A stretch of DNA of 64,000 nucleotides from Octopus sinensis (GCF_006345805.1 NC_043011.1:61516464-61580463), one strand, 5' to 3'; positions 1 through 23,041 are shown, counted from the first letter of the stretch. Numbers and translations: made by a program. The notes: generated from the letters alone by a model not told the origin.

Positions 1-712
1 CGTAATATTCAGAGGATACCAGTTAATCTAACACACACACACACACTTTCTCTCTTTCTTTTTCTCTCTATCTTTCTTACTATCTCCCCGCTCTCTCTCT
101 ATCTCTCCCTTGGTCTTTCTTCACTTTGTGTTGATATATATTTTTACGAATGTGAGTCAGATAAAAATCGCAGTACTTTCTCACTCACCTCGAGTGTGTG
201 TATGGGTGTGAGCCACCACACCGTTGCATACTTGACCCCACCTGAAGATGAATTTAATAGCTGGCAAATACTGTGCCAACTCTTTTTCAATTTGTGTCTT
301 TTGAAAGAGGGCGATGGTATCGAGCGACTTCGAGTAGGTCCTTAACACCACCGTCCTCTCTTCAAAGTCTTTCATCCACTGTTTGCGTTGGACAATCTCC
401 GACTCTAACCTAATGTTGTTTATCTTTTTTGCCATGTTTTTTTTTTTGGGGGGGGGGGGGTTCACAAAATCAAAAGTTCACACAGTTAAAAAACAATTCA
501 GGAAGGAAGAAGACAAAAAACAGTTAAAAAACACAGCAAAGTATTCTTCTGGCTGCCCTGGTACTCCTGACTAGCACCCTTAAACACTTTAGTGACGTCC
601 TGAATGGTACTGCGCATGTGTCGAAACCATAATGATAGACGTGGTGCAGCAGATGATGGTGATATGTTGGATTGTTTTTATGGCGATTCTGTATATCACA
701 TCATTTTGTTTC

Positions 713-858
<146 letters not shown>

Positions 859-1194
859 CCCTCTATTTATAGAAAAATATTTATAACTGCTTCATTCTGT
901 GTTTCTGCCAGCACATCGGGTGGGATATCGATGTCCGCTCGCGCTTTTTCGGGAATTATCAATTTCACTGCCTGGGCTAGACGTATGTCTTTCTGTAGTA
1001 CGTCCGTTCTAAATGGCGCTGAGGCATTCGCAGCAAAGGCTGTGAATGTATTGTTGTTATTGCTGCTGCTGCTAAGTTTGTCATCGTTGTTGTTGTTGTT
1101 ATTGTTACTCACAATAGAAATATTGCTGCGGTTTAAGTTGTTTTCGTTTCTTCTCTCTCATATTTTGTTGTTGTAGTGTTAGTGTACGATGCGA

Positions 1195-1465
1195 AGGCGC
1201 TTGGCTTAGTTGTTACAGCACTCGGCTCATGATCAAAAGGCCGTGATTTCGATTCTTGTGGGTGTGTTGTGATCTTGAACAACACACTACTCCAATCCTC
1301 TCATCTGGCATAAATGAGGGCTCCTTGTTATACAAAAGGCCAACCTTCTCACATTGAGTGCCTTGTTGAACAACTCTGAGAACTACGCTATGGATACGCA
1401 TTTCGGTAGAGTGCTCAACCACTGATCAGATCAACAAGAAGCCTCGTCGTCATCACCAATGGAGT
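1195..1465 (+). mobile_element. Degenerate tRNA-derived SINE
   Basis: Decayed A-box GGCTTAGTTG, B-box-like TTCGATTC, and 3' similarity to 17701-18020. Confidence 0.6.
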
Positions 1466-1530
1466 GCCAGCAAGATACCTTATTATTGTCAATCAGTTTT
1501 TCATTCGTTACCTCCATTCTTCTCTTTCAG

Positions 1531-2272
1531 TCGTTGGGCTGCAGACACTCTGGGGCGTCGTCAACTCAAAGAGTAAGTAAATAATAACGATCTTCGCTAC
1601 CTGTTTGAAAGTGTGTTGTTGTTCATCGAATACTATATGTAAATTATCTCTGTCATTTCTTGTATATCACCCAGTGAAAACATGCCAGATTAACTTAGAA
1701 ATACAACCATGAGTTTAGAAAATCGTCTGCTGATGGACTTCGACTTCGTATGTCACCTTATGATTGCCTGGAGATTTATACCAACCATACAACCTTTTGT
1801 TAAACTGGTGTATTTGTCTCAGCAGACATTTTTCCCGGATTAATATTTTGATACATGACTATACATATATATATATATATATTAGAAATGGCAGCCAAAT
1901 AGGTCACCATTTCTCCTACTAGTAAAAAAGGAAATATTATATTGACAAGGAAATGAACCTCTGGTTCTAATCCAGAGACGATTTCGTCTATAATTAATCC
2001 AAATAGGCTGGGATTTCGTTATTTTCTTTCTCTTTACCATATACGGGTTGCAAATTCTGTTTGTTTATGGATACTTTTTTACTAGTAGGAGAAATGGTGA
2101 CCTATTTGGCTGCCATTTATAATATTTTCGGTATGTGGTTTTGAGCAACTTGTTGCAATTAACCCTTTATTATAATTAATATAATCCTTACCAAATATGG
2201 TATTTTCCATACCGATAAAACTACTAGGTGAAATTTATTAATTTTATTAAATTAATTATATTTCACCCTTTT

Positions 2273-2312
<40 letters not shown>

Positions 2313-5300
2313 ATACATATTTACATAAATACATACATATGTATATACAAGTATATATATGTATATATGTATGCATGTATGTATGTACGTATGTGCCGAT
2401 TCTTTCTAGGTTTTACTTAATAATTTTTCTATAATTGAATATTTTCATTTAAGTATATTTATACGCATAAGTACCATATATAGATTTAGGCTTTCAATTT
2501 TTGACAATTTTTGGTGCCTGTAATTGGCTACATTTGTTTCAATGATGCTCGTTGTGGAGTATGAACATCTTATGCTATGTTTGTTTGTTAGTTTGTAGTA
2601 CTTGTGCATGGGGTGAAAGAGTTTTGACAGTGTTTTGAAAGCCTAATGTAGCTAATAGTGTAGAGACTTGTATGTTGCTGGGGAAAATTAAACCAAATGA
2701 TTTTTTCTTGTTCTATTCTTACGTAGTTTATATTTTGTGGAGTTCTTTGTTTATATATTGCAACTTCTTGATGCATCCTTCCTATGGGCCTGATGTGCCT
2801 AGTTTCATGTGCCAAGGAAAAGTAAATGCTCAGCTCATGCAAATTAATCTGTAAGTAATCTGAAACATTTCAAATTTCCATCGCTCTAACAACTCCATCA
2901 ACCTACCGACCCCTATTACACGCCAATAAGAAAAAGTGTTTCAGAAACCGATTTTTCAAAAACAAGACCCTTAGTCCACTTCAGAGGAAGACCCAGAACT
3001 TGAGCTTCTATTTTCTATTCCCATTCCGACCGCATTCTGCAAACTGATCAGCTATGAGACGCAGCGTTTTGTAGGGTGAGTTCAAATTGTTGTTACATAT
3101 ATCTCTAATCTGCTTCTCCTACAAAGGTCTTAAAATTTTTAGAATGCACCGCAATTATTGCAGCAATCCATTTTGAATTTTACAGATTGTTTCCTTACTG
3201 CAATATACCTAGGGTTAGCGAACAAGGAGATTTGTTCTCATCATCATCATTGTTCGACCTTGGTCGAGACAATGGAATTTACCATGCTACGCCAGACTTC
3301 ACTGTCCATCATGGTATTACGAAGGTCCTGTTGCTGGATGCCGGTATCCCTGGAGATTACATCAGGGTAGGAGGGTGTGCGCCCTCTGGTATTGCGAGTA
3401 GATGGCTTCCAGAGGAGAAGAGTAGAAATTACCTCTTTTTCAGCTCTACAACAATGTCCAGCAAACTGGACTCTCCTACCTTTCACAAGAGATGACACAG
3501 CTGGTAGTTTCCCATAAATATTTGCATTTTGTTTTGATGGCGCTCCACGAGAGATTTTGAGCTCTCATAAGGAGGCGAGTGTAGGTTCCATCCAACCACC
3601 TCTCAAGCTTCTTTGATAACGTCCAGGTTTCTGAGCCATATAGTAGAATTGGTTCGACTGTGGCTTTGAAGATTTCAAGTTTGAAGTCTCTACTTAGATT
3701 TGATGACCAGATCTTATGCATGTCATTACAGGCTGACCAGGCCATACGCTTTCTAGTTAGAAAATCTTTTCCATATGATGATATGTATGACCCAAGATAT
3801 TTGTAATCAGAAACCATATTTAAGGGCGCATTGTTGAGAGTATGGATGATGCAATCACTGATAGACAGGCACTTGTTTATATATTCACTCTTGGCCTCAT
3901 TGAGTTAAAGACCTACACAATTTGAGGCTTGTTCGAGAGATTGTAAAAGAGACTGGTCATTGGAGAGAGAATCACTGATAAGAGCGATGTCGTCAGAAAA
4001 GTCAGTGTCTGTCAAGTATTCAGCTGGGTGTCTGGAACTTCTTCTTGGTTTTATTTCAAAGCCCTTGCCAGAGATGGTATCAACTGATATACGTAGCACA
4101 TAGTCAACGACAATGATGAAAATAAATGGGGCTAGTGTGTCTCCCTGCAGTATTCCCGCTTTGATTGAGAAAGATGATGTTTCTCCGTCAGGGGTTAAGA
4201 TGGTTGAAGACGTATCTGTGTAGAGGACCTTGATGGCAGAAATGATTTTGTCTGGTATCTCATAGAGCTTAAGGATTTCAAACATCTTGTACCTATCTAC
4301 AGAATCGAACGCTTTAGAAAAGTTTACAAATACCATTGCAAGATCGCGATTAAGTGCTTTTGATTCTTCAATAAGTCTGCGTAGGCATAGTATCTGGCTC
4401 AGCGTTGAGTGCCCATGTCTGAATCCATTTTGGTTCTTTCGGAGCAAAGGTTCAACAAAAAGGACAAGACGATTTAGAATGAGTTTGTTGTACAGTTTTG
4501 CAGCAATTGACATTAGAGATATACCCCTGTAGTTGGTGACGAGGGATTTGTTCTACTACATGTCTTAACATCAGAAATACCGCAACAGATGTTCGTACGT
4601 TCTTACGATACGGCCAACATCAATGTAAAATGATTGGTAACATTATATAGGAGCTATTTAGTGATATCGATATCTCTGCACATGGTCGCGTCTTATTTGA
4701 TATTAACGTTAGGTTTGATCCTCTCTTGTATGTAATTTAGATACAAGGCTACCAGTTTTTCGGCGAGGTGTAGACGATACCAGTAACACCTGTGCATGTT
4801 TATATGTATTTATATTTAGCATTTCATCTTGGGGATATGAAAGTCAAAGTTTATATTGGGAGAATGTGTACTTAAAATCTAAAGAGGCGGAGAACTACCA
4901 GAGGCTGCTTTTACGTCGCTCTAACAACTCCATCAACCTACTGACCCCTATTACACGCCAATAAGAAAAAGTGTTTCAGAAACCGATTTTTCAAAACAAG
5001 ACCCTTAGTCCAATTCAGAGGAAGATCCGGTAAAACACGAACGTAAGGTTATTGTATTTAGATGCCATCAAGAAATTTGAAATAGTGATTAAATTAAAAA
5101 CAGTAATGACACTTGGTTTAAGAAAAATGATGCTTAATGCATCAAATAATTAAAGTATCTTTTGAAATCTACATAAGACGAGAAGCTAGAGAATTGTCAG
5201 CGTTATAATAATTAGAAATATTTTCAAAAATCTAACGAAACCATTTTCGCTGAAAATTTCCTATACATACACAAAATTGTTGGAAAGTAAATTCTCTGGT

Positions 5301-6887
5301 AACAAACATTTATATGAGAGTTTCCGAAAGATGTTGCGATTTTAAACCACAATTAAAGGTTTAAATTTATAGTGTATTTCGCAAAATATATTCTACCTTG
5401 TATAAATATTAAACGTACATTTTAAATTTGCAGAGCTTACTGGAATAAGGTATTGCCTAAGTGAAGAATATTGCCCAGAGGCCTGGGTAAAGTTTCCTAG
5501 ACGGAATCATTATACTGACAATCAACGTTTCTGTCGGTAGATATTGTTTTATTTTCAATATTATTATTGTAACACATCTTGTTGAAAATAATGAAGATAT
5601 TAAATTATTTCTTAAACAGTTTGATCCATAAGAGTTAAAGACTAATATTCTTATATGAGAACACTAGAAGTTGTTGAATTTAGTGTAGGCGAATTAAAAC
5701 ACTCGAGTAATTTATGAGACATTTGTCAAGAAAAACAAATAAAACCACGAAAATATTTGCATTAAAAAATAAGATAAATAATATCATACATTTTGAAATG
5801 TTAAACATTTTATCAACTTCCCTATAATTTCTTCTTAGCACAAAAGTAGAAAAAATGTAACCATTTATGTTCAGCATGTTTAAAAAAATACTATGTACGC
5901 TTCTCCTCCAGACGATTAAGAATGTATAAAGAATGTGCCAGGAGAAAAGGGCCACGATGGTGTATCAAGGGGTTGGACTACGAATACAAGGCTTTTGATA
6001 TCTGTACTAGTAAGATAATTTTTATTTCTTCACGACATTTTATAAATCGGGAATCAGTGAACGAAATTCTAAACATTATTTTTTATATAAATTCGGATCG
6101 CACTGACGTGAATTTTTCCATTCATTTCAAATAAAGAGCTTAAAATTATTTTAGATTAATTTCTATACAAGCAACATTTAAATGTGCAATGGTGTATACA
6201 GAATCTGCTTTAGTGTATTTACTTGCAAAATGATGTATTTATGGATTAATAAGGTAAATACTAAGAACTAAAGTGATTTAAGTCGAGAATTACCATTATC
6301 AACGAATATCAGGAATGCAAACTCAGAATGTGCAAAGAACCACGAACAATCTTCCGAATGTTCTTTGATATTTATTTGTAGCTAAACTTCTCAACACGTC
6401 CAATTTATTTTTAGAATATGAACTAAAAACTAATTAAACAAATTCTTTTATATCTATTCCATGAAGAAGAGGACAGGCAACGTCACCGAGGATGAATCAT
6501 AGCAAATTTACGACTTCAAACCGCATATGACAAATACTTATTTTATGAATGCTTCTGTGAAGGTCCAATTGAATATTAAATGAAGATAATTTATTGATGT
6601 AAGTATATTTACCAACATGCAATACATTTACATTTTATATTGGTTCGTCACTTACACAATTCTTTCAACTTTAATATTAACAGAACGCGCACAAAGGGAG
6701 TAGACAGTAAACCTTGCGTAATATAATGCTAAACTAATACATCAACAGGATATCATTTCTTCAATATCATTAAGCTATTTATTTCCACAAATATATCATA
6801 TATATCATTATCCAACATAAGCAGGCTTCTATATTCCCGGAGCAAAACAATATATACATACATACATACATACGTACATACATATAT

Positions 6888-6959
<72 letters not shown>

Positions 6960-7557
6960 TGAATATGTAACATTTACTTTATACTAACAATATTATAAAC
7001 AACTTTAAGGCGGTGAGCTGGCAGAAACGTTAGCACGCCGGGCGAAATGCACAGCGGTATTTCGTCTGCCTTTACGTTCTGAGTCCGAATTCCCCCCGAG
7101 GTCGACTTTGCGTTTTATCCTTTCGGGGTCGATAAATTAAGTACCGGTTACGTACTGGGGTCGATCAAATCGACTGGCCTCCTCCCCCAAAATCTCGGGC
7201 CTTGTGCCTAGAGTAGAAAAAAAGAATACTGTAGTATCAATCTAAGGCTTCAGAATTTTACTAAAATACTACTGCGCTGTCGGTATAGTAGAAAGATTAC
7301 TGTATCAGCAACGCTCGTAATTGTAATAATATTTAGTATTGCGTTATACTATAACCGGGATTGTAATATTGTAATGAAATTGTAACATTAAGTTTCGGGA
7401 TACTATTGTCAGTTTAACGCCAAATTGCAACACTAAGTGACGTAGAGTGAAATATCTGGGAAATTTTAACGGAATTCTAACCAATATTTTAATATTTTAA
7501 TAAGCATTGTTTTCTATTCTCATTTCAGTTCATATTCCAGTCAGCAGTCAGTTCTGA
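1531..7557 (+). CDS. G0: diverged paralog of the six-Cys secreted peptide family, 5'-partial (exons 1531-1572, 5434-5536, 5912-6009, 7529-7557)
   Basis: All junctions are AG/GT with matching phases (1,2,1). Exons 3-5 have the same lengths (103, 98, 29 nt) as in G2-G5. Translation [90 protein letters not shown]. Cys spacing is identical to G2-G5. AATAAA at 7601-7606. Exon 1 was not found and probably lies upstream of the window. Confidence 0.8.
1886..2118. mobile_element. MITE-like element with perfect 45-bp terminal inverted repeats
   Basis: AAATGGCAGCCAAATAGGTCACCATTTCTCCTACTAGTAAAAAAG at 1886-1930 and its exact reverse complement at 2074-2118; TA-rich flanks; no ORF. Confidence 0.8.
2495..2860 (-). 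mobile_element. Degenerate Penelope-like element fragment (RT C-terminal region)
   Basis: Frameshifted motifs KIIWFN(F)P and TNKHSIRCSYSTT resemble the PLE region I recall as IIWFNPPYS...FNKNTIKxSYSC. Confidence 0.6.
3239..4544 (-). mobile_element. 5'-truncated RTE-type non-LTR retrotransposon, RT domain disrupted, in G0 intron 2
   Basis: ORFs 3905-4513 and 3476-3817 carry RT motifs (FSKAFDSV, GILQGDTLAP, DFSDDIAL, YLGS, LLYGSETW). (ATG)n-type tail at ~3240-3251. 10-bp TSD GATTTGTTCT at 3229-3238 and 4545-4554. Confidence 0.92.
7009..7223 (+). mobile_element. SINE of the GGCGGTGAGCTGGCAGAA family (octopus-type)
   Basis: Recurs on both strands across the window (62502-62735 +; minus copies in every array unit); A-rich 3' end. 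Confidence 0.8.
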
Positions 7558-7736
7558 AACTGTGAATACGAAAAGTAGGAAAAAAATACATGTATATGTA
7601 AATAAAATTACGATAAATATGTTGGTGTTGTTTTCTGGTTCTGGTTGACGGTGAAAGATAAGGAAGAAAGGACTTCTATTGACTATTTGGAATTTAAGTA
7701 AATAGAGTCGGGATGCGTTTGTTTGTGTGTGTGTGT

Positions 7737-7776
<40 letters not shown>

Positions 7777-8144
7777 TTTCCGTGAGTATTGACTGACTAA
7801 TTACGTGTAAATAATTAATCACGCTGAACAATAACGAAATGTTGACAGAATGAAAGGACCAACAACAACAGCAAAAGACAGCAGTAAGAACAAGAATAAC
7901 AGCAACAACAATAATGATAATCTTTCTACTCTAAGCACAAGGGCGTCCAGTTGAGTGGAAGAAAGGACTCGATTACAATGAACCCAGTGTTCTAATGGTA
8001 CTTGTTTTATCGATCCCGAAAGGATGAAAGTCAAAGATGACCTGGGTGAGATTTGAACCCAGACCATGAAGACAATCGAAATGCTGCTAAGATATTGTAC
8101 GGTGCGCTAACGGTTCTGCCAGCTCACCGCCTTTATGATAATAA

Positions 8145-8486
<342 letters not shown>

Positions 8487-8960
8487 TATAAGAGACATCA
8501 TGACAATATAGCAAGGATTGTCCATTTGACACTTTGCAACAAGTATAGGCTTGACAGAGCAAAAAATTGGTATGAATATAAACCCGAAGGCATCATCGAA
8601 AATGATAATGCAAAGATCCTATGAGATTTTATGATTCAGTGCGACCATGGAATAGAGAATGGGAAGCCAGACATAGTGTTGAAAAAGAAAGCAAACGATG
8701 CTGGATCATAGATATAGCATTCCCAGCTGATAACAAGGTATGCGACATGGAAGGCAGAAAAGTCGATAGATATGACAGGTTAGCTTGGGAGGTCAAGAAA
8801 CTGTGGTCGATGAAAAAAAATGGTAGTAGTACCAATAATTGTCGGAGCCCCGGGAACAGTGGCTTCTGGCTTAAAATAAGAAACAGAAGGGTTTAGCATA
8901 ACAGACCAAGATCAATGCCGACCTCCAAGGAGCTACCGGACCAACATATTAAAGAACGGC
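8487..8960 (+). mobile_element. R4/Dong-type non-LTR retrotransposon fragment (restriction-like endonuclease region)
   Basis: Broken translation RHHDNIARIVH...WYEYKPE...ENDNAKIL*DF...KPDIV...IIDIAFPAD...YDRLAWEVKKLW...VVPIIVGA fits the PD-(D/E)xK endonuclease region of R4/Dong elements. Confidence 0.8.
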
Positions 8961-8971
8961 AGACAGACAAA

Positions 8972-9350
<379 letters not shown>

Positions 9351-9415
9351 TATATTTATAGATAAATTCCTCTATTTTACATAATATCAAGGTCTCATTC
9401 ATTCTTTTGTTGTCA

Positions 9416-9508
<93 letters not shown>

Positions 9509-9520
9509 TATTATTAATAA
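9416..9520 (+). repeat. (TTA)n microsatellite
   Basis: Directly visible. Confidence 0.95.
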
Positions 9521-9683
9521 TAATAATAAACCAACATATACACACTCACACACCAAATATGGTACATTATATATATATATATAAAGTTAATCCAAACAAG
9601 AAAACACAAAAATACACAACAACGCGAGGACGTGGAACAAATATAGTATTATTGGACGCTCAGGAAGGAAGGGAAGAAGGAGG

Positions 9684-9718
9684 GTTTAACGTTTCGAGCG
9701 GAGCTCTTCGTCGGAAAC
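9684..9718 (-). ncRNA. Minimal type I hammerhead-ribozyme-like motif
   Basis: Minus strand reads GUUU-CCGACGA-A-GAGC(UCC)GCUC-GAAAC-GUU-AAAC: 4-bp stem I, core with U4 changed to C, 4-bp stem II, loopless palindromic ACGU stem III. Confidence 0.5.
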
Positions 9719-10749
9719 ATAAGAGAAGGAAGATCCAGAGAAGGGAAGACAGAGGAAAAAAAATCGCCAACGGTACACACGAGGTCACATTTTGAAAGCA
9801 TATATATATATATATATATATATGAAAGCATATATATATATATATGTATATGCATGTATGAGTGTATGTATATTATATGAGTGGGGATGCGTGTGTATAC
9901 TCATGTACACACACACACACGTGTCTTATCTACCAATTTTTCTTACGTCATGCTAACTTCAAAACTATTATTGTCAGTTGTTTTTACAAGAGAGACAGTG
10001 ACAAGAATAATTACATTGAGATAAGTTGGATTGTTTTGGATTTCATTCAAAATAAACATAAATCGCTTCTTTTTAATATTTCCTTATCTTCGTTGTTTCA
10101 TCCTGAGAGTTGCACTCTGTCTTCTGGTTTATATTGGTACGCATTATGCAGTTGTGAATATTTTAAACATAATTGGTTAATATTTCTGTTTAAAAGAGGC
10201 GGACAAGAAGAACGTTATATCATTGAATTTATTAGATGAGAAAATACTAAATTAACAATAGTAATAACGCTGATCACGGTTTTGAACCCAGCTTGATTGT
10301 GTGTGGTTTTCTTTAAACGGTCATAATGTAGTTTTGATCCGCCTACGCTGTGTAGCATCCATGTTACCGATCACTTGTAGAATAGGAATTTGCTAGTAGC
10401 CGAAATCTGGAAACTTCAATGGAAACTTCAAAGATACCAGCTAAAACCGAGCTCAGTTGCTAAAGCAGGTCATCATCACATCTTCCGCTGCTATATTGAA
10501 AATCATTTTGGTCTCAATATCAGACCAACAGTGGTCACTCCTTGAAAATAGAACAAAAATACCCCAAAATTACTTAAACGCTGCCTGGGAATTACGCGAC
10601 ATAGCAAAACAAAACAAATCTAAACGAAAAGTACGCGCACCCACAAACGCACATCTATACACATGTGTGTATGGAGTTACATATATGTGAGTACGACTGA
10701 ATATGAGTTTTCGTTGAATAGAAATATATGCGCATACATATACAAATGT

Positions 10750-11005
10750 GGAGGCGCGTGGCTTAGTGGTTAGGGTGTCAGCATCATGATCGTATGATTG
10801 TGGTTTCGTTTCCTGGACCGGGCGACGTGTTGTGTTCATGAGCAAAACACTTCATTTCACGTTGCTCCAGTCCACTCAGCTGGAAAAAATGAGTAACGCT
10901 GCGATGGACTGGAGTCCCGTCCAGCTGGGGAATACATACGCTATTGAAACCGAGAAACCGGGCCCATGAGCCTGGCTAGGCTTTAAAAGGGCACATTTAT
11001 TATTT
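10750..11005 (+). mobile_element. tRNA-derived SINE with CORE-like central domain
   Basis: A-box GGCTTAGTGG, degenerate B-box, then TTGTGTTCATGAGCAAAACACTT...CTCCAGTCCACTCAGCTGG shared with 17701-18020. Confidence 0.75.
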
Positions 11006-11437
11006 TTACATTTTCACATTGTGATCATACCGGTGTATGCCTAAGGTTTATAGAACAATTTAGTTTAGATTTTCCGATCGAAGCTTTACAATGAGCATGC
11101 AATGCAATTCTTTCTTTATGCAAATGAAAAATACGAATCCAAAACATTTTCCCGCTATTAAATGTGCTTCCGCATGTCAAATAAACCGATAAACGTTACT
11201 CATCATCATAAATAAACGTTATTCATCGTCATAAATAAATCGCTGAAGCCATTTTCATTGTCATCCAAACCATTAAATGTGTGACAGTAAAATATTAAAT
11301 AGCGAATGTAAATATAGAAGGAATGAAGAAAACCAGCTGTTGCATCATTTCTAAATATATATGGAACCTTTAAAATACATGGAACCTTCAAAATGATCAA
11401 CTCATGAACGAAAGTTGATTTAACGGGAAAATCCAGG

Positions 11438-14169
<2,732 letters not shown>

Positions 14170-16825
14170 TACTCCAGCGCTTAGTCCTGAAGCTGTGATT
14201 AAAACAAACATACAAAAATACATATCTGAGTAAATAAACCATTTATGCTACTATAATAAATATGTCGGTGTTGTTCTCTGGTTTTGACTGGATTTTTAAA
14301 CATTATCAAAATTATATTTTTTTAATATCTGCACTTTGAATCAATCGTGTTTTGGATGACTTCCAAGAAGAGATGGACGTCCATGAGTACTGACTGAGTA
14401 AATACGGGTGAAGACGGAATGACGCTCAACAAATTTCCGTTTCTTTAAGATGTAGGGAGATGTTCAGTAATAACTTATTTGGTTCCTGAATCTGAGTGAG
14501 TGTATATAATACTAGAACCTTCCTCCGAAAGATATTCCTTAAAGTCTTACACAGAAATTTCTTTCGTCTATAACAGTTGTTTTGTCAAAGTTTGTTTATA
14601 ATATATACACACTTCTTTATGACACCGCTACAAATTTTTGTGAGAACTCTCAGTGTTGAACCTATCATATTCACTTAGTTTCACACACTCTTTACGTCCT
14701 TGAATTTTATTCCTTTTCAATTTGCATTCAGAGCTTTTAGAAGGATTCCAGATGGAGATTTTACTTACATTACAAGTAAAGAAGAGACAATTACAGAATT
14801 CAAATTTAACCTCAATTATTTTGTCTTTGCTGCCAGGTTTGCATTGAAAAGTGTTCGAATCGTAACTAGTCTTGCTTCTACTAAGTGAATACAATTGAAA
14901 TAGGTCAAGAAGTCAAGAATTTACTCGGAGCCGCTTCTGCTGTTCTCAGTTACGAATTGCTTCCGAATATATGTCTGCCCGACAACAGAATGTGTCACAC
15001 TAATATTTGAGTTTTCAGAAACTCGATGACTGAAAACTTCCCTGATCTTATAAAAGATGAATGAGTTATTGACTGAATATCCTTCTGGGTAGAGCATCCT
15101 AGACCAGTTATTTCTCCATCAAATGACTACTATATTACTAAATATTTGCCCCCTCAAAAGTCGAAATTTGCATGATGCATCTGATTTACTTAACAAATCC
15201 CATAGCGAAAGTCTTCTCTACTTTATCTACTAAATCTAATAATTTCGGATTACAGACATATTTCCTGTGATCCTGCTGCAATGCAGTATCTACTGACAGC
15301 GGTTGACTGCATGACATAGGCTAACCCAATGACGTTGGCTGAGAAGACACAACCGGATCTATATTGTCCTCGATATTTCGGATATAAAGCCCTGTAAGTA
15401 CCAGAAAAATGTATATATTATTGTGGGACCGTCCCTAATTTAGAAAAAGAGCAAAATTGTAACATATCTTCTCGATTCATTAGCTTGTATTTAACTCGCT
15501 AAACGAACATAGGCTCATTTTACGATCGTCTAGGTCAGTGTACATGGCTGCTTGTCGTTTATCTGTCGTTTCTTCTTCAGCGACAGACATTGAATGTCTG
15601 AAAGAAGAGGATAACGAAGACCTTATTAATTAAGCAAAGAGTGCGACAAATGAAGACATTATAGTGAGATTAGAAGTGAAAAGCAGATGCGAAACATTCA
15701 TGAACGAAAGCTTATAGCAGCATCGCCGAGAAAGACATAATGGAAAATTAATGTGAAATGATAAAACCTAGAGACAACGTGAAGCAATGGGTATTCACAT
15801 TACCAGATAAGAATCGAAACAAAGCACCCAGGGTGGATGACTGAAAGAATTCTCCAGTTGATGTCAGAATGCAAAACGCCAAACAACATGGCGCCCAAAA
15901 AAGAAACAATTTGAAAAGCAAATGTTGCAGAGAGAAACAATATTATCACACAAACAAAAACAAATAAATGTATTTAAAAAATCAAAGAAATGACAGAGAA
16001 TCGAACTTTAAATAAAAAAATGAGGTTCTATTAAAGAACTAACAAAACTCCATATATTTGGTGTTATATACTAAAAGAAAATATATTTCAATTTGTGATA
16101 AACATGTCCTTTCTCTTCCGAGGATTCAGGAAAAGTGCATCAAAGTGTACGTTATTCAATGTATCAAATACTTTTAAGATAGTAGGATGTGTGACTTGAA
16201 ATAGCTACGGTTGATATAGTTGGCAGCCACATTGTTCCCTTCTATCCTGCACCAATTAAATAGTTCCGTGTCCCTTGCAATACATTTTCACTTCCCGTTT
16301 TGTCCCTTTTTAGTATTAAGGTTCTTAGAGGCTTTTTTTTAAAATTGATATTCAAAGGAGTTCCTGGTGACTCGAAGCCCTTCATACGTTTCTTTACTAA
16401 GACCATAGGACATCTACCAACAAAACGTAGCGTCTATGTGGACACTTATGTCTATCAAAATCAGTTGATAGTAATTTCTGAACGCAGTAAAGGGGATATG
16501 AATTACACACACACACACACACACATACACACACACCACACACATAGAACGTACACACACACATACACACACACCACACACATAGAACGTACACACACAC
16601 ATACACACACACTACGCAATCTCAGGCACATACACACGGACAAACACACACACATACACATACGTATTTCAACAGATAAAATTCTCAAATAAATCACTGA
16701 AACCGTTTTCGTTGTCATCCACACTATTAAAAATGCGACAGAAAAAAAAATTACATAACACAGTACGTTACAAATATAACCCCAGTTGGGCTGAAGACCA
16801 ACAGCAGTTACATCGCTTCTAGGTT

Positions 16826-16878
16826 TATAAGACACGGAGAGAAGTAGAATAACATTCTATGAGAAAACAAAACCCAAG
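16826..16878 (+). promoter_or_regulatory. Putative core promoter of G2 (TATA-like box, Inr-like ACATTC, short 5'UTR); equivalents at 25712, 34116, 34549 and 44531
   Basis: TATAAG lies 26 nt before ACATTC, which lies ~25 nt before the ATG, and the arrangement is identical in all intact copies. That identity may only reflect recent duplication. Confidence 0.5.
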
Positions 16879-22812
<5,934 letters not shown>

Positions 22813-23041
22813 AGCTGTGATAATTACAAATGTGAGAAATACAAATGTATGCAAATAAAATTATAAGAAATATCTAAGTTTTGTTTTTTGGTTTGATTGA
22901 ATTGGAAAACCTTAATAAACTATTTCTATTGAATAGCTCTATTTTGCGTATTAAGTACAGGAAACTCTCTCATGCGTATTTTAACCAATTTTTAATCGTT
23001 ACAGATATTTTAATAAGCATTGCTATCTATTTCTGTTTCAG

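Noticed and set aside
1709-1842. ORF MSLENRLLMDFDFVCHLMIAW as a candidate exon 1 of G0
   Set aside because: It lies downstream of G0 exon 2 (1531-1572), so it cannot be the first exon.
14628-14894. 62-aa (+) and 88-aa (-) ORFs repeated in each unit (also ~23594, 31973, 42368)
   Set aside because: Non-ATG start for the + ORF, minus ORF broken in some copies, no splice or domain signal; conservation is explained by recent duplication.
15600-16000. Possible RTE remnant (WMTERILQLM) in each intergenic spacer
   Set aside because: Only one short motif; too decayed to call.
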